Positions 60,971 through 64,000 of a stretch of DNA of 64,000 nucleotides are shown in pieces. Within the stretch, counting starts at the first letter, position 1. Every line of letters begins with the position of its first letter. Location: positions 313,412 to 377,411 of the forward strand of contig NIVC01000262.1 in NCBI GenBank assembly GCA_002269645.1, in the 5' to 3' direction. Below the pieces are notes generated by a model. It was given only the letters and a program-made list of their open reading frames with translations. It had not been told where the DNA came from and did no database searches. The translations under genes and the position numbers were made by a program. This DNA is from Macrostomum lignano. Taxonomy: Eukaryota.

Positions 60971-61611
60971 CCTCAGCTGTGAGCTGCAGGTTTTCTGTCA
61001 GCTTCTGTTAAGCTCAGATTTCAACTACTCAGATATTGGGCTTTAGTCTTTACTCTAAACTTCTATCTTCGTTAGCAGGTGAAAAAGCATGAAGATTTAA
61101 GAATTTTTCTCTTTCTCTTGCTCTTCTGCTCAAGCGCACTTGCAGCCCAGCCCTCCTTGTTGAGTAGCTCTGGAAAGCTCTGAGCTCTATTGTTAGTCCG
61201 TCTCTTATGCCCTCGACACCCCCGTTAGATTCGAATAGCTCTGTGCTCTGTGCGCTGGAGACATGAAAGCTGTTAAAAGGCGGTGCGCGTTGCGTACTTT
61301 GAATGCATCTGTTCTCAAATATTTTCATTCTACTCTGCAGAGATTTGCTGCGTGTGCAAAGATGTGGCTGTCTACTGTGTTTCTTCTGCTACCATTTTGC
61401 GCTGAGGAGTTTGTCTTATAAGACGCAAAATGGTAGAACAATAAAAATGCTCCTGCGTGTGTACGAGGGGGTCTATTCTATCTTACAGACTCAGTTTTGT
61501 TGCCAAGGTGATGCAACACACTCTCGCGTACACACTTCTACGTACAATGTACTGACCCTCTGTTGCACTTTGTCTCCTGTGGCATATATTTATTGTATAT
61601 TACTTGCACTC

Positions 61612-61890
61612 TGTAGCCAGTGGTTGGAGCGTCGGACTCACGACTTGAAGGTCGGGGGTTCGATTCCTGATCTCACCGGAACGATTTGTGTCCTTTAGCA
61701 AGACACTAAACTCTGCGTTTCTTCAGTTCACCCAGCTGTAAAATGGGTGCCAGCATTAGCTGGGGTAATTGAGGCTGTGTGTGGCGACCCCCCCCCCCAG
61801 GTCCTTGGACTGAACAGCCGTACGCAGCCTTCAGATGCGCCGCGCAATATCTGAGGCTGAGCTGTTGGTTGCACATCTGCCCATTTAGGG
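61612..61890 (+). mobile_element. tRNA-derived CORE-type SINE copy
   Basis: tagccagtggttggagcgtcggactc...ggttcgattcc...tgtgtcctttagcaagacactaaactc...cagctgtaaaatgggtgccagcattagctgggg; collinear with 55122-55392. Confidence 0.75.
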
Positions 61891-62072
61891 CAGGTGTAAT
61901 CAATTATAGTTTTATTATTGTGCTTTATAATTGTCTGAAAGCTGAAAATTTTATTAGCGCACAATTCGTACTTAGGGACAAATTAGCAGAGTCTTGCTCG
62001 AACAATATAAAAATTCGATTTCGGCTCAACAAAATGAACCAAGATATTACTGCTTATTCCTCCATCAACCAG

Positions 62073-63517
62073 ACCCTGCATTCGTCGAATTCTCGAGCGC
62101 GACTCTCCACCCAGCTCGCGTCTAGCACTGCAGGTGGTCAGCCTGCAATGGAGCAGCAACTCGGACAGAACAGAAACTGGAAAGCAGCCAGCGCAACAGC
62201 AGCAGCAGCAGCTCAAGGTTCACTTTGCTGGCTTTGCATTTTATTAGGAAACTCCCGGCTTCTATTCAATCCTTGCTGCCATTGCCCTGTCAGACTGTGT
62301 GTATCCTCCCCTCCCTCTACCTGTTTATGTCTCCCCTCTACCTGTCTGTGTCGCCACTCTACCTGTCTGTGTCTCCCCTCTACCTGTCTGTGTCTTCCCT
62401 CTAGCTGTCTGTGTCTTCCCTCTACCTGTCTGTCTTCCCTCTACCTGTCTGTGTCTCCCTCTACCTGTCTGTGTCGCCACTCTACCTGTCTGTGTCTCCC
62501 CTCTACCTGTCTGTGTCTCCCTCTACCTGCCTGTGTCTCCCCTCTACCTGTCTGTCTTCACTCTACCTGTCTGTGTCGCCACTCTACCTGTCTGTGTCTC
62601 CCCTCTACCTGTCTGTGTCTCCCCTTTACCTGTCTGTGTCTCCCCTCTACCTGTCTTTGTCTCCCCTCTACCTGTCTGTGTCTCCCCTCTACCTGTCTGT
62701 GTCTCCCCTCTACCTGTCTGTGTCTCCCCTCTACCTGTCTGTCTTCACTCTACCTGTCTGTGTCGCCACTCTACCTGTCTGTGTCTCCCCTCTACCTGTC
62801 TGTGTCTCCCCTTTACCTGTCTGTGTCTCCCCTCTACCTGTCTGTGTCTCCCCTCTACCTGTCTGTGTCTCCCCTCTACCTGTCTGTGTCTCCCCTCTAC
62901 CTGTCTGTGTCTCCCCTCTACCTGTCTGTGTCTGGCCGTCTGACAATTGTCTCGCCAGCATTTTTCTCTGCCTATACTATTTACCACTTGCTACTGTTGG
63001 TCAGTAGTTTATAAGCAGCGTGTGATCATTTGACGCATTAATTAGTTTCCCGATTTAGGTGACCCTCACGGACGGCTGGTACTGCATCGGCGCACAGCTG
63101 GATCCCCTGCTGTGCCGCGCAGCCTCCGCCGGCCTCATCAAACCGGGCACCCGGCTGCTCACCTGCCAGGCTGAACTGATTGGCTGCTCTGAGGCCTGCC
63201 AGCCGCTGGAAGCGCCGGCCAGCGCCGCTCTCCGTCTCCATGGCAACAGCACCCGACGCTGCGTTGCCAACCGAAGAGTCCGGCTGGGCTTCGCCGACGC
63301 CTCGCCGATGCCGGTGTCGCTCAGCTCACTGCGGCCCGACGGCGGCAAGGCTGGCGCTCTGCACCTGTTCGTCAGCCGGCGGTACCCCCGGCAGTTCATG
63401 GAGCGCAGCCCTGGCAGCGACGCCAGGGTGTTCCGCGGGGCTCGAGCCGAGGACCGACGGGCCAGGGAGTTCGAGGCTGAGGCCCGCCGGCGAATGGAGG
63501 AAGCTGTGGAGGACCAG
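62073..63517 (+). CDS. BRCA2: BRCA2 exons 5-6 (OB1 and start of OB2/tower; gene continues beyond window end)
   Basis: Exon 62073-62217 (phase 2 in, completing CG|A = Arg; RPCIRRILERDSPPSSRLALQVV) and exon 63059-63517 (VTLTDGWYCIGAQLDPLL...AELIGCSEACQPLEAP...HGNSTRR...LGF...SLSSLRPDGG...RRYPRQFMER). These are the OB1 motifs that directly follow the helical domain in exon 4. Not present in the supplied ORF track. Confidence 0.92.
62310..62932. repeat. 21-bp pyrimidine-rich minisatellite, BRCA2 intron 5
   Basis: Unit ctctacctgtctgtgtctccc. Confidence 0.94.
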
Positions 63518-63529
63518 GTTGGTGGCTGC

Positions 63530-64000
63530 TTCCAGTTGCTGGGCCGCCAGCCTCCCAGATCCCCAGTTGCTGGACCAGACTCCCAGATCCCCAGTTGCTG
63601 GGCCAGACTCCCAGATCCCCAGTTGCTGGGCCAGACTCCCAGATCCCCAGTTGCTGGGCCGCCAGCCTCCCAGATCCCCAGTTGCTGGACCAGCCTCCCA
63701 GATCCTCAGTTGCTGGGCCGCCAGCCTCCCAGATCCTCATTTGCTGGACCAGACTCCCAGATCCCCAGTTGCTGGGCCAGACTCCCAGATCCCCAGTTGC
63801 TGGGCCAGACTCCCAGATCCCCAGTTGCTGGGCCAGACTCACAGATCCCCAGTTGCTGGGCCGCCAGCCTCCAGATCCCAGTTGCTTGGCCAGACTCCAG
63901 ATCCCCAGTTGCTGGGCCAGACTCCCAGATCCTCAGTTCTGGGCCGCCAGCCTCCCAGATCCAACACCGCATCCCAATTTCAGCTGGGCTCCAAGCCCCC
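63530..64000 (+). repeat. CAGATCCCCAGTTGCTGGG-family minisatellite, BRCA2 intron 6
   Basis: Units agactcccagatccccagttgctgggcc and cagcctcccagatcc... Confidence 0.92.

Noticed and set aside
55122-61890. tRNA genes at 55122 and 61612
   Set aside because: A and B boxes are present but there is no closed cloverleaf or acceptor stem; they are SINE heads followed by the CORE block.
61779-63014. 411-aa ORF
   Set aside because: Chimera of SINE, the BRCA2 exon 5 region read off-frame, and a 21-bp minisatellite.
2030-63960. CRISPR-like periodic arrays
   Set aside because: Units are head-to-tail with no unique spacers, there are no cas genes, and the context is eukaryotic.

Overview
Eukaryotic (metazoan) genomic DNA with GC-rich exons and introns largely filled by micro- and minisatellites. 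This style resembles a free-living flatworm such as Macrostomum, which is an inference and not provable from the window. I reconstructed seven protein-coding genes by hand using GT-AG boundaries and exon phase: MADD/AEX-3 DENN-domain Rab GEF (-, runs off the left edge), an intronless DEG/ENaC channel (-), ARPC5 (+), a CEP85-like gene (+), BRCA2 (+, four BRC repeats, runs off the right edge), and two genes nested antisense inside one 20.6-kb BRCA2 intron. The nested genes are the most interesting part. One is a 9-exon, about 717-aa extra-large, class-unassignable G-protein alpha subunit with a 128-aa first-exon extension, a roughly 220-aa helical-domain insertion and an altered P-loop (GGNGCGKST). 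The other is an NLR with a HEPN(DZIP3-like)-CARD-NACHT-LRR architecture that is split by a one-base frame break with an ATGA stop/start overlap. Also present: tRNA-derived CORE-type SINE copies, Helitron-like non-autonomous fragments, two long perfect hairpins, a decayed glycine-rich-domain fragment, and one minisatellite family found five times, always in the sense orientation of its host gene. Most long ORFs in the supplied track are translations of tandem repeats. All family assignments are by motif recognition; no database search was run.
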